Below are positions 43,885 through 58,844 of a stretch of 64,000 nucleotides of DNA, one piece after another. The position numbers and the translations under genes are program-made. Under the pieces are notes generated by a model. The model had not been told where the DNA came from, ran no database searches, and saw only the letters and a list, made by a program, of their open reading frames with translations. Position 1 is the stretch's first letter; each line of letters starts with the position of its first letter. This DNA comes from Eledone cirrhosa (Eukaryota): positions 34,658,001 to 34,722,000 of the forward strand of contig OZ024752.1 of the NCBI GenBank assembly GCA_964016885.1, in the 5' to 3' direction.

Positions 43885-45430
43885 ACTGCTACTTTATTTC
43901 ATCGACCCCGGAAGGCTGAAAGGCAAAGTTGACCTCGACGGGATTCGAACTCAGGCCGTAAAGAGACAGAACAAATGCCACAGTGACAATTTATTCGACG
44001 CTCTACCAATTTTACTATACATTTGTAATAATCGTTTCTACTTTTGGCACAAGGCCTGCAATTACCCCAGCGCATTACTGGTACTATATTTCATCGACCC
44101 CGTAAAAATGAAAAACAAAGCTAGCCTCGGCAGGATTTGAACTCAGAACGTAAAGGGGTATAACTCTATGCTGCAAAGCTTCGTATTTGGGCACAAGGCC
44201 AAGAATTTTTTGGGGGTGGGGGTGGGGGGTGGGGTTAATTAAATCGACCTCAGTACGTTACTGGTATTTTATTTTATCGACCCCGTAAGGATGAACAACA
44301 AAGCTAACCTCGGCAGGATTCGAACTCAGAACGTAAAGGGGTATAACTCTATGCTGCAAAGCTTCGGATTTGGGCACAAACAAGGCCAAGAATTTTTTGG
44401 GGGTGGGGGTGGGGTTAATTAAATCGACCTCAGTACGTTACTGGTATTTTATTTTATCGACCCCGTAAGGATGGAAGGCAAAGCTAACCTCGGCGGGATT
44501 CGAACTCAGAACGTAACGGGTCATAACTCTATGCTGCAAAGCTTTGGATTTGGGCACAAGGCCAAGAATTTTTTAGAGAGTGGGGGAGAGGAGAGGGTGT
44601 GGGGGGCGAGGTGAGTGGAATCAATTAAATCGACCCAGTAAGCTACTGGTATTTTATTTTATCAACCCCGTAAGGATGAAAAGCAAAGCTAACCTCGACG
44701 GGATTCGAACTCAGAACGTAAAGGTCCGTAACTCTATACCGCTAAGCATAGTGTTACGGACACTCTACCAATCTACTGTCCTTTCAGCAAGCTTAATAAT
44801 GAGAAAGTTATTTACATCACTGAAAACTTTCCAAATTCTTGATTATTTTTAAAAAAATATATAGGCTGTGTCTTTCATTAAAAATATGTTAATAATTGTT
44901 TTTACTTTAGGCACAAGGCCAGAAATATAAAGGGGAAGAGAAAGTAGATTAAATCTACTCCAGTACATTACTGGTACTTTATTTTATCGACTCCGTAAGG
45001 ATGAAAGGCAAAGCTAACCTCGGCGGGATTCGAACTCAGAACGTAGCCGCAAAACATGGAGGCCGTACACTCTACCGATTCTAACAATCCACTGTCCTTT
45101 CTGCAAGCTTAATAATGATAATTGTTTCTACGTTAAGCACAAGGCCAGCAAATACCCAGTGCATTACTGGTACTTTATTTTATCGACCCCGTAAGGATGA
45201 AAGGCAAAGTCAACCTCGGCAGGATTTGAACTTAATAATGATAATTGTTTCTACTTTAGGCACAAGGCCAGCAATTACCAGTGCATTACTGGTACTTTAT
45301 TTTATCGACCCCGTAAGGATGAAAGGCAAAGTCAACCTCGGCGGGATTTGAACTCAGATGGTAAAGGGACGTAACTATGCTGGAAAGCATGGCGTCCGAC
45401 CCTCTACCGATACTGCCAATCCACCGCCCT
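43885..45430 (-). mobile_element. SINE chain including tandem ~180-bp SINE-derived units
   Basis: SINE motifs; full copy 45240-45430 flanked by TAATAATGATAAT. Confidence 0.85.
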
Positions 45431-45443
45431 AATAATGATAATG

Positions 45444-46745
45444 TTAGTTAGTTACATTACTGAAACCTTTCCAAATTCTTGGTTATTTTAACACAACTAT
45501 ATAGAAGTCATAGGCAGTGTCTTTCATTAAAAATATGTTAACGAAGGTATAAATAAGTCTAACAGCAACATCTTTCTAATCATTTATTAGTTAGTTACAT
45601 CACTGAAACCTTTCCAAATTCTTGGTTATTTTAACACAACTATATAGAAGTCATAGGCAGTGTCTTTCATTAAAAATATGTTAACGAATGTATAAATAAT
45701 TCTAACAGCAACATCTTTCTAATCATTTATTAGTTAATTACATCACTGAAACCTTTCCAAATTCTTGGTTATTTTAACACAACTATATAGAAGTCATAGG
45801 CAGTGTCTTTCATTAAAAATATGTTAACGAATGTATAAATAATTCTAACAGCAACATCTTTCTAATCATTTATTAGTTAGTTACATCACTGAAACCTTTC
45901 CAAATTCTTGGTTATTTTAACACAACTATATAAAAGTCATAGGCAGTGTCTTTCATTAAAAATATGTTAACGAAGGTATAAATAATTCTAACAGCAACAT
46001 CTTTCTAATCATTTATTAGTTAGTTACATTACTGAAACCTTTCCAAATTCTTGGTTATTTTAACACAACTATATAGAAGTCATAGGCAGTGTCTTTCATT
46101 AAAAATATGTTAACGAATGTATAAATAATTCTAACAGCAACATCTTTCTAATCATTTATTAGTTAGTTACATCACTGAAACCTTTCCAAATTCTTGGTTA
46201 TTTTAACACAACTATATAGAAGTCATAGGCAGTGTCTTTCATTAAAAATATGTTAACGAATGTATAAATAATTCTAACAGCAACATCTTTCTAATCATTT
46301 ATTAGTTAGTTACATCACTGAAACCTTTCCAAATTCTTGGTTATTTTAACACAACTATATAGAAGTCATAGGCAGTGTCTTTCATTAAAAATATGTTAAC
46401 GAAGGTATAAATAATTCTAACAGCAACATCTTTCTAATCATTTATTAGTTAGTTACATCACTGAAACCTTTCCAAATTCTTGGTTATTTTAACACAACTA
46501 TATAGAACTCATAGGCAGTGTCTTTCATTAAAAATATGTTAACGAAGGTATAAATAATTCTAACAGCAACATCTTTCTAATCATTTATTAGTTAGTTTAG
46601 TTAGTTACATCACTGAAACCTTTCCAAATTCTTGGTTATTTTAACACAACTATATAGAAGTCATAGGCAGTGTCTTTCATTAAAAATATGTTAACGAATG
46701 TATAAATAATTCTAACAGCAACATCTTTCTAATCATTGATTAGTT
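45444..46745. repeat. 143-bp tandem repeat, ~9 units
   Basis: CACTGAAACC at 45601, 45744 and onward; partial monomer at 44806-44893. Confidence 0.95.
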
Positions 46746-46959
46746 ATTTCTGACGTATCTGCGTAACATTGCTGCCAGTTCTCCGCCATTTCTGGTTTCT
46801 ATGATAAACAGCACTACATTCCGAATAAGACTCATGCAGCTACACAAATATCACCAATTGAGAAGAAATGCAAACATTCCCAATGTATTTTCTTCTTTTT
46901 GGCACTCGTTTTCACATACAAAAATTGATATTCGTCTCTCAATACTCTTATGTATATAT

Positions 46960-46973
46960 ATATATGAGTGTGT

Positions 46974-47039
<66 letters not shown>

Positions 47040-47071
47040 GTGTGTGTGTGTGTGTATGTGTGTCTGTGTGT

Positions 47072-47105
<34 letters not shown>

Positions 47106-47319
47106 CTCTGTGTGTGTCTCTGTGTGTGTGTGTGTGTATGTGTGTGTGTGTGTGTCTCTGTGTGTGTCTCTGTGTGTGTCTCTGTGTGTGTGTGTGTATG
47201 TGTGTGTGTGTGTGTCTCTGTGTGTGTCTCTGTGTGTGTCTCTGTGTGTGTGTGTGTGTGTGTGTGTGCGTGCGTGTGTGTGTGTGTGTCTCTGTGTGTG
47301 CGTGTGTCTCTGTGTGTGT

Positions 47320-47365
<46 letters not shown>

Positions 47366-47455
47366 GTGTCTGTGTGTGTGTATGAGTGTGTGGGTGGGTG
47401 TGTGTGTGTGTGTGTGCGTGTGCGTGTGCGTGTGCGTGTGTGTGTGTGTGTGTAT
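46960..47455. repeat. (TG)n tract
   Basis: Read directly. Confidence 0.95.
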
Positions 47456-47778
47456 GAATATATGAGAGAGAGAGATGGAGACAGAGAGGGAGAGAAGAAC
47501 GAAAGAAAAGCGAGGAAGAAAGAGAGAGTGAAAGAAAGAAGGAAAGAAAGATTACATATATTTATTTATAAACATATGTATATATGTATAAATATATATG
47601 TGCATATATATATATATATATATATACACACGCACGCGCGCACACACACACATATACACACATATATATATATATATGTGTATATATAGAGAGAGAGAGG
47701 GAGGGAGAGAGTGTAGTAAGAGTTTGATACAGATATCCAAGGTATAAAACAACGCAAGTCCGTAGAGCGGCTGACCTT

Positions 47779-47884
<106 letters not shown>

Positions 47885-47903
47885 TATATATATACACACA
47901 CAC

Positions 47904-47972
<69 letters not shown>

Positions 47973-48031
47973 CACATATATACACACACACACACATATA
48001 TATACACACACACACACACACATATATACAT

Positions 48032-48077
<46 letters not shown>

Positions 48078-48078
<1 letters not shown>

Positions 48079-48276
48079 GGAACGAGTAAGACCCTGACGG
48101 CTGAGCACAAGCCGTTTCGACGGCTAATTCTGGACGAGTCCAGAATTTGTCGTCGAAACGGCTTGAGCTCAGCCGTCGGGGTCTTACTCGTTCCTATTAC
48201 CCACTCTACTACCCTAAGTATTGAGTACTTTGGTGCGTTATGGTCCACCTGGTTCCTTACCACATTTCCTTCGTTA
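48078..48276 (+). mobile_element. Family B element with 5' fold-back in (TA)n
   Basis: Palindrome 48078-48196 centred on CTGGAC-GA-GTCCAG. Confidence 0.75.
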
Positions 48277-48644
48277 TATATATATATATATATGTATGTA
48301 TATATACATATACATGTGTAGCAGCACATGCCCATTTTTTTACCTTCTAGGGGGTTTGTATGCCCTATTATTGTGGACTATCTTCTGTAGTAAAAAATAC
48401 GGTGAAGGCTTTCGAACTTTAGGGATTTTAGGAAGAATATAATCACTTTAAAACAAAAAGCTTCGTATCATAAAAGCAGGCGGGTTCGGGTGGTTTGTAT
48501 CAAAGAGGGTTAATTTTACGAGCAATCTGTTCCGTTTCGTTTTTTTCCGGAAAACTAGAAAGCACTCGTCGTCGTAACCGACGGAAATCCAACTGCATGT
48601 GTGGAACATATTTCGATGTTTATTTTATTATCATTATTTTTTAA

Positions 48645-48985
48645 TGGTGGATTGGCAGTATCAGTAGAGGGTCGGACGCCATGCTTTCTAGCATAGTTAC
48701 CTCCCTTTACGATCTGAGTTCAAATCCCGCCGAGGTTGACTTTGCCTTTCATCCTTACGGGGTCGATAAAATAAAGTACCAGTAATGCACTGGGTAATTG
48801 CTGGCCTTGTGCCTAAAGTAGAAACAATTATTTTTTACTGACGCATAGAGTTACGGCCCTTGCCATTCTGAGTTCAAATCCCGCCGAGGTTAACTTTGCC
48901 TTTCATCCTTACGGGGTCGATAAAATAAAGTACCAGTAATACACTGGTTAATTGCTGGCCTTGTGCCTAACGTAGAAACAATTAT
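48645..48985 (+). mobile_element. Two main-family SINEs in tandem
   Basis: SINE motifs. Confidence 0.9.
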
Positions 48986-49086
48986 TTTTTAATGTTTTAG
49001 CTTAATTTTGGACCAAGAAAGCATGAAATTTAATTAATAACTGGATGTAAATGAAGGTTGCCATCTTCTGGTTTTGACATGCTGCA

Positions 49087-49305
49087 TACGAGAGTCGGCT
49101 GAAAAGTTCATAAGCCGACTATGAAGAAGTGATGTTAGAGCTGTGAAATTTCGCATGTATTAATTTCAACTCTTCTTATTAATAACTGCAGTGTTTGTTT
49201 TCCAGCGACTATGTTGAAAGATAAACCTCATTTGGTCATTCCATGAGAATATCTTGGTCAGTCTTTAAAGTTTTCAGTCTATGAGGTTTTCAGCCGACCC
49301 TCGTA
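49087..49305. mobile_element. Mariner-type MITE with TA TSDs
   Basis: TA-CGAGAGTCGGCTGAAAA ... TTTTCAGCCGACCCTCG-TA. Confidence 0.8.
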
Positions 49306-49432
49306 TTTCGATGATTTCCTTCGAATGAAACAGTTCTAGTCCTGTAGAAACCAATTCTATATTAAATATTTATACTCTGCTATGTATTGAGTACCTTACT
49401 TACTGTGGTTACCCCCGATTGAACCCGGGATA
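49306..49432 (+). mobile_element. Family C HHR element with (CA)n tail
   Basis: TTTC-GATGA-TTTC-CTTC-GAAT-GAAAC-AG...CT-GTA-GAAA. Confidence 0.65.
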
Positions 49433-49913
49433 CACAAACACACACATACACACACACAGGCACACACACACACACACACACACTGGCCAAGAAAGCATGA
49501 AATTTAATTAATAACTGGATGTAAATAAGGGTTGCCATCTTCAGTTTTTGGCAGGCAACATATTTAGTTAATGATCTGAAAGGGTCAAGACATGACACAG
49601 AACATGTCGCCTCAATATGACAGATATAAGTAGAAGATTAATATTAGCAAAAAACAGGATTTTCATAAACTCTACTCCAATGTTAAATCCCCCCCCCCCC
49701 TCTCTCTCACACACACACACACTTTCTTCTCTTTCTCACTCTTGATTCATCTCTCTCTCCCACTCTCTCTCTCTCCCTTTCTCTCTCTCTCTATATATAT
49801 ATGTATATACATATATATATATATACACACACACATGTGCGTACATTTTGTCAATTCCGTGTTTTTTTTTTGGGGGGGGGGGTTGCACTTTCTTTTCACT
49901 TCTGCTTCCTCTG

Positions 49914-50045
<132 letters not shown>

Positions 50046-50164
50046 TATATGTGTGTGTGTATATATACAATATTATCATCAACTTTCAGAAGTAGAAAAC
50101 TACCACCATCAACATTAAATGTACCATTTTTAATAAACCATTCTCAACATCAACATTAGAACCG

Positions 50165-50361
50165 CAGGCCTGTCAACTCTCCCCGTCCGATGGGGAGATC
50201 TCCAACCCACTTTGGTGTGGGTGAGAGATGTCTTCTCTTGTGAAAATGGGTAAAGCTTTCATTATGTAAAATCTTCCCATTTTGCCTCATTTCTTCTCGT
50301 TATGGGGGGCACTCTTTTTCATGATATTCCCCGTTTGGGCTTTTAGAGGTTTGCAGCTCTG
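50165..50361. mobile_element. hAT-like MITE with CAG...CTG ends
   Basis: Imperfect TIRs; GAACCG directly repeated on both sides. Confidence 0.5.
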
Positions 50362-50806
50362 GAACCGACCCAATGAGGCACCATCTAAACAGTAGTTCAA
50401 CTTGCTAAAAATAACAATTAAATTTTCCTCAAACTCCATCAGTTAAACTTAAAATACATAAACGACATTTTGACATAGTATGTTCTTGTATTACCTAAGT
50501 CTGAATAAAGACTGGAGCGAGTACAGTTATGTAAGCGTTAAACTTATATAATAAGTTAAGAGCAGAAACACTTGTTTGAGGAAGGCGGGACAGGGCGTCT
50601 TCTCTAAAGACCTTCTGTTGTCCGTTTCTCCTGAGAATTTCTTACCATTTCCTTTTACTGTGTTCTTTCTGTTAGATTTTACAGTTTTCTGACTGTTGTT
50701 GACCGTGTATCATACATATGTGTCTGTGTGTGTGTGTGTGTGTGGACATATATGTGTATATATATATGTGTATAATTACAATAGGCTCACATACACACCA
50801 ACACAT

Positions 50807-50850
<44 letters not shown>

Positions 50851-50969
50851 TGCAATGTTATTTAAATACGTACGCCGTTGGAAGTAGAGTTTTCGAAGTT
50901 TTGGACAAAGTCCTACGGGAACCAAGAAATGCTTTTATTTTTCCTTGGTTCGTGTGACCAATTACACAT

Positions 50970-53240
<2,271 letters not shown>

Positions 53241-53382
53241 ATACGTGACGTGTGTGGGGGGGGTGATAAAAGAAAGGGAGGAGCAATAATCAGACCAGAC
53301 CCAAGTGAAAACCATATGGGATGAAGTGAGCAAGTGACATATGTTACTAGTAAACTACAGCACTGGTGTAGGTTACCAAATA

Positions 53383-53430
<48 letters not shown>

Positions 53431-53639
53431 CGGCAACAACAACGATAACAATAACACAAACAACAAAAAAAGAAAGAAAAACTGAAACGAAAAATGATTA
53501 GTATGTAGCTGTTTAGCACGGAAAGGAAAAAAACAACAGAAAATCAAAACATAAATTACTAGAAAAACAAAACGCAAACTCTCTCAAGAGATTTCATACT
53601 AAATTGATTTATTACTTAGTATAGTTGGTAGTTTATTTA

Positions 53640-54750
53640 GTTTATCACATATTTAACTGTTTACTTTTATTATTTATTTAATAGTTATTTTTTTAATTTT
53701 ACATTTAACTGTTTATTTTTATTATATATTTATATATTTAACTATCTAGCCTTGTGCCTAAAGTAGAAACAAATATATATTTAACTGTTTATTTTTATTA
53801 TATATTTAACAGTTATTTTTTATTATAGATTTAACTGCTTATTATATATTCAAATGTTTATATGTTTTATTTATTATATATTTAACTGTTTATTATATAT
53901 AACTGTTTATTTTTATTATATATTTAACAGTTATTTTTTATTATATATTTAACTGTTTATTTTTATTATATATTTAACAGTTATTTTTTATTATATATTT
54001 AACTGTTTATTTTTATTATATATTTAACAGTTATTTTTTATTATAGATTTAACTGCTTATTATATATTCAAATGTTTATGTTTTATTTATTATATATTTA
54101 ACTGTTTATTATATATAACTGTTTATTTTTATTATATATTTAACAGTTATTTTTTATTATATATTTAACTGTTTATTTTTATTATATATTTAAGAGTTAT
54201 TTTTTATTATATATTTAACTGTTTATTTTTATTATATATTTAACAGTTATTTTTTATTATAGATTTAACTGCTTATTATATATTCAAATGTTTATGTTTT
54301 ATTTATTATATATTTAACTGGTTATTATATATAACTGTTTATTTTTATTATATATTTAACAGTTATTTTTTATTATATATTTAACTGTTTATTTTTATTA
54401 TATATTTAACAGTTATTTTTTATTATATATTTAACTGTTTAATATATATTTAACAGTTATTTTTTATTATATAGTTAACTGTTTATTGTATATTTAACTG
54501 TTTATTTAGTTTATTATATATTATCTGTTTATTTTTTATTATATATTTATGTTTATTATATATTTAACTATATAGTTCTATTGTGTATTTAACTGTTTAT
54601 TTATATTATATATTTAATTGTTTATTTTTATTATATATTTAACTGTTTATTTTTTAATTATATATTTAACAGTTATATTTTATCATTTATTATATATGTA
54701 ATTGTTTATTTAGTTTATTATATATTTAACTGTTTATTTGTTTTATTTAT
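53640..54750. repeat. AT-rich ~24-bp minisatellite (TTATTATATATTTAAC(T/A)GTT...)
   Basis: Read directly. Confidence 0.9.
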
Positions 54751-54758
54751 TTCTAACT

Positions 54759-54870
54759 GGCTGGAGCTCAGCCGTCAGATTCCTGAATCCTTTCATATTA
54801 CCCACTCTGCTACCCCAAGTATCGAGTACTCTGGTGGGTTATGGTGTTCCTGGTATTTTACCACATCCTA

Positions 54871-54875
<5 letters not shown>
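54759..54875 (+). mobile_element. Divergent family B element
   Basis: GGCTGGAGCTCAGCCGTC...TTACCCACTCT...(TA)n. Confidence 0.7.
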
Positions 54876-54920
<45 letters not shown>

Positions 54921-55154
54921 TTAGAAACACACAGATACATGCGGACACACACATATATACATGAATGCATCCGCACCCAACTGTGAGTTAAGGGTGCCAA
55001 CTTCACCGATGTTGCTCAATGAATGACTGGGACAGACCAATTCAGTTTGAACCAGACTGAACCAGTATCAGAGTTAAAAATACATTATGAAGAGAGAAGA
55101 AACATTTAGATATAATTAGTAATAAAATGTATCATACCTAAACTGTTCCTAAAT

Positions 55155-55242
55155 TCCTCGACTACGTAGTTTCGTGGCATAAACAAAAACAATATATCAA
55201 AGATATAGTGTCCTTGCGAAGTCTGCCGACTTATCAAGAGGA
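55155..55242 (-). ncRNA. Type I hammerhead ribozyme, U3-A8 variant (copy 1)
   Basis: TCCTC-TTGATAA-GTCGGCA...TGCCAC-GAAAC-TACGTA-GTC-GAGGA. Confidence 0.75.
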
Positions 55243-55769
55243 TACCTCATTTTACTAGTCTCAAGAACGCGCATTTTACTAGTCTCAAGAACGCGTCTAC
55301 ACGACGTGAGAAAGAATCCCAAAAGGCGGAGGGGGAGATAGTCACGCGATATAACGGTCGAGAAACAGAGCTAAGCCTCTTATAACCACGAAAAAAATAC
55401 CACGGAGGCGGAGGGGGTATTCATATCGAGGCCGTAGAAGAGGTAGTGAAGAAGGCGAGAAGTATGAGTAATGGAAGCTTTCCAGTTGTCCCCACACTTC
55501 AAAGATTGCTCGACCAGAGGGAGTTATTAATACATTTAGAAACACACAGATACATGCGGACACACACATATATACATGAATGCATCCGCACCCAACTGTG
55601 AGTTAAGGGTGCCAACTTCACCGATGTTGCTCAATGAATGACTGGGACAGACCAATTCAGTTTGAACCAGACTGAACCAGTATCAGAGTTAAAAATACAT
55701 TATGAAGAGAGAAGAAACATTTAGATATAATTAGTAATAAAATGTATCATACCTAAACTGTTCCTAAAT

Positions 55770-55857
55770 TCCTCGACTACGTAGTTTCGTGGCATAAACA
55801 AAAACAATATATCAAAGATATAGTGTCCTTGCGAGGTCTGCCGACTTATCAAGAGGA
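55770..55857 (-). ncRNA. Type I hammerhead ribozyme, U3-A8 variant (copy 2)
   Basis: Same motif. Confidence 0.75.
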
Positions 55858-56360
55858 TACCTCATTTTACTAGTCTCAAGAACGCGTCTACACGACGTGA
55901 GAAAGAATCCCAAAAGGCGGAGGGGGAGATAGTCACGCGATATAACGGTCGAGAAACAGAGCTAAGCCTCTTATAACCACGAAAAAAATACCACGGAGGC
56001 GGAGGGGGTATTCATATCGAGGCCGTAGAAGAGGTAGTGAAGAAGGCGAGAAGTATGAGTAATGGAAGCTTTCCAGTTGTCCCCACACTTCAAAGATTGC
56101 TCGACCAGAGGGAGTTATTAATACATTTAGAAACACACAGATACATGCGGACACACACATATATACATGAATGCATCCGCACCCAACTGTGAGTTAAGGG
56201 TGCCAACTTCACCGATGTTGCTCAATGAATGACTGGGACAGACCAATTCAGTTTGAACCAGACTGAACCAGTATCAGAGTTAAAAATACATTATGAAGAG
56301 AGAAGAAACATTTAGATATAATTAGTAATAAAATGTATCATACCTAAACTGTTCCTAAAT

Positions 56361-56448
56361 TCCTCGACTACGTAGTTTCGTGGCATAAACAAAAACAATA
56401 TATCAAAGATATAGTGTCCTTGCGAGGTCTGCCGACTTATCAAGAGGA
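56361..56448 (-). ncRNA. Type I hammerhead ribozyme, U3-A8 variant (copy 3)
   Basis: Same motif. Confidence 0.75.
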
Positions 56449-56673
56449 TACCTCATTTTACTAGTCTCAAGAACGCGTCTACACGACGTGAGAAAGAATC
56501 CCAAAAGGCGGAGGGGGAGATAGTCACGCGATATAACGGTCGAGAAACAGAGCTAAGCCTCTTATAACCACGAAAAAAATACCACGGAGGCGGAGGGGGT
56601 ATTCATTTAGGAACAGTTTAGGTATGATACATTTTATTACTAATTATATCTAAATGTTTCTTCTCTCTTCATA

Positions 56674-56712
<39 letters not shown>

Positions 56713-56715
<3 letters not shown>

Positions 56716-56852
56716 CGAAGGAAATGTGGTAAGGAACCAGGTGGACCATAACGCACCAAAGTACTCAATACTTAAGGTAGTAGAGTGGGTAATAGGAACG
56801 AGTAGGACCCCGACGGCTGAGCTCAAGCCGTTTCGACGGCTAATTCTGGACT
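56713..56852 (-). mobile_element. Family B element in (TA)n
   Basis: Near-identical to 9711-9850. Confidence 0.8.
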
Positions 56853-57101
56853 AAATATATATATATATATATATATATATAAACATATATAAATGTAAGA
56901 AGAGATGTGTTGGAATCAAATTATATTAACATTGTCAGATGAAAACCACAGTACGAATAATAGCGATAAAGATATCGTTTTATAATATAGAACATTATCC
57001 AGAGAAGTTCGGTTTATTTGAACTGACGACTAATGCTGGGAATACACTTTTGTAATTGTAGTTAATATTAGAAAATGTTACATATGTAATTAACTGATGA
57101 T

Positions 57102-57531
57102 TAAATAAAATTAGGTAGTAACATGTGCTTACGCCGTATTTGACTAAATAAAATTAGGTAGTAACATGTGCTTACGCCGTATTTGGCTAAATAAAATTAG
57201 GTAGTAACACGTGCTTACGCCGTATTTGACTAAATAAAATTAGGTAGTAATATGTGCTTACGCCGTATTTGACTAAATAAAATTAGGTAGTAATATGTGC
57301 TTACGCCGTATTTGACTAAATAAAATTAGGTAGTAACATGTGCTTACGCCGTATTTGACTAAATATAATTAGGTAGTAACATGTGCTTAGGCCGTATTTG
57401 GCTAAATAAAATTAGGTAGTAACATCTGCTTACGCCGTATTTGACTAAATAAAATTATGTAGTAACATGTGCTTACGCCGTATTTGACTAAATAAAATTA
57501 TGTAGTAACATGTGCTTACGCCGTATTTGAC
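57102..57531. repeat. 43-bp minisatellite, 10 units
   Basis: TAAATAAAATTAGGTAGTAACATGTGCTTACGCCGTATTTGAC at 57102, 57145 and onward. Confidence 0.95.
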
Positions 57532-57662
57532 TAAATAAAATTAGTCTGTTAGTCGGGATTTAAAAAAAACCCTCTGAAATGAAAAAGGGATGAATATTGA
57601 CGTACATGGGATGTAAACCCACATCTTTATACCTGTTATGGTTACATAGCTTCTGGCGTCGT

Positions 57663-57733
57663 GGCGTGTTGGTGTAATGGTAACACATTGGTCCGGCAAA
57701 CCAAAGATGTGAGTTCGTGTCCCATGTACGTCA
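57663..57733 (+). pseudogene. tRNA-like cloverleaf (GGC anticodon) inside a fold-back element; probable SINE head or pseudo-tRNA
   Basis: Acceptor GGCGTGT/GTACGTC, D stem GTGT/ACAC, anticodon stem TTGGT/ACCAA, T loop TTCGTGT; lacks U33 and A58. Confidence 0.6.
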
Positions 57734-58079
57734 ATACTCATCCTTTTTTTCAATTCAGAGGGTTTTTTAAAATCCCAACTAACAGACTAATTCTATTTAG
57801 TCAAATACGGCGTAAGCACATGGTACTACCTAATTTTTAAATTTGTTAGTCGTTTGCAAACAAAGCCTACTTTGTGTCTCCCTATTTATATAGATAATTA
57901 AATAGTTTTACTAAGAATATTGTGATAAAAGACTCTCAGGAATAATAATTGCTTCTACTTTTGACACAAGACCAGCTATTAAATCAACCCTACTGCATTA
58001 CTGGTACTTTATTTTATAGAACCCTCACCCCACCACCATAAGGATGAAAGGCAAAGCTAACCTCAGTGGCGATTTGAAC

Positions 58080-58480
58080 TCATCATCATCATCATCATAC
58101 CCACCACCACCACCACCATCATCATCATCTCCGCAATCATCATCATCATCATCATCCCCACCACCACCACCACCATCTTCATCATCACCACCACCACCAT
58201 CAACCCCACCACTACCACCACCACCCCCACCACCACCACCATCATCATCATCCCCACCACCACTACTACCATCATCATCATCATCATCATCATCATCGTC
58301 GTCACCACCACCCCCACTACCACCATCACCACCACAAACAACCACCAACACCACTAACCCAACCACCACCACTACCATCATCATCATCATCAGTACCACC
58401 ACAAACAACAGCCCCCACCATCACCCCCCCCCCCCCCACCACTACCACTACCACTAACCCAACCACCACCACCGCCATCA
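58080..58480. repeat. (CAT)/(CCA) compound microsatellite
   Basis: Read directly. Confidence 0.95.
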
Positions 58481-58844
58481 CTCTCCCTCTGCTAACATTA
58501 CACACAGTCTAAGCTGTTTAGTCGGTTCTATTTGTTTTCACGTCTTCAATGTGGGGTGTAACTCCACAGCTACTGTTTATTTTTACTGCTCAGGACTTGC
58601 CTATTCCGTTACCTAGGAATATATTTCCTATTCCAACACATTCAATGTCTTATTTTTATTTTTATTTCTTTAGTTATTTAGTTATTCCCCCCCCCCCCAC
58701 CTCTCTCCTTCTCTCTGGAGTTATCTCCCCTCTTTCCCCATCTCCAATAAAACTTTACACCGGAGTCTCTAATTTCGCAATTCTTCTTTTCATTGGAAGT
58801 AAAAAAACAACGTCTGTTGCGCTTGTTTCCTGTGATGTAAAATT

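Larger units (their letters stand above)
54916..56678 (-). mobile_element. Retrozyme-like or non-autonomous Penelope-like tandem array: 591-bp unit x ~2.8 plus terminal inversion, in (TA)n
   Basis: Units start at 54916, 55531 and 56122 (first unit has a 24-bp duplication); one HHR per unit; 56605-56678 is an inverted copy of ~56288-56360. Confidence 0.8.

Noticed and set aside
55342-55569. 75-aa ORF repeated in the 591-bp unit
   Set aside because: No recognisable RT, GIY-YIG or other motif; its recurrence only reflects the tandem duplication
57102-57531. 43-bp array as a CRISPR array
   Set aside because: Units are directly adjacent without spacers, in a eukaryotic context
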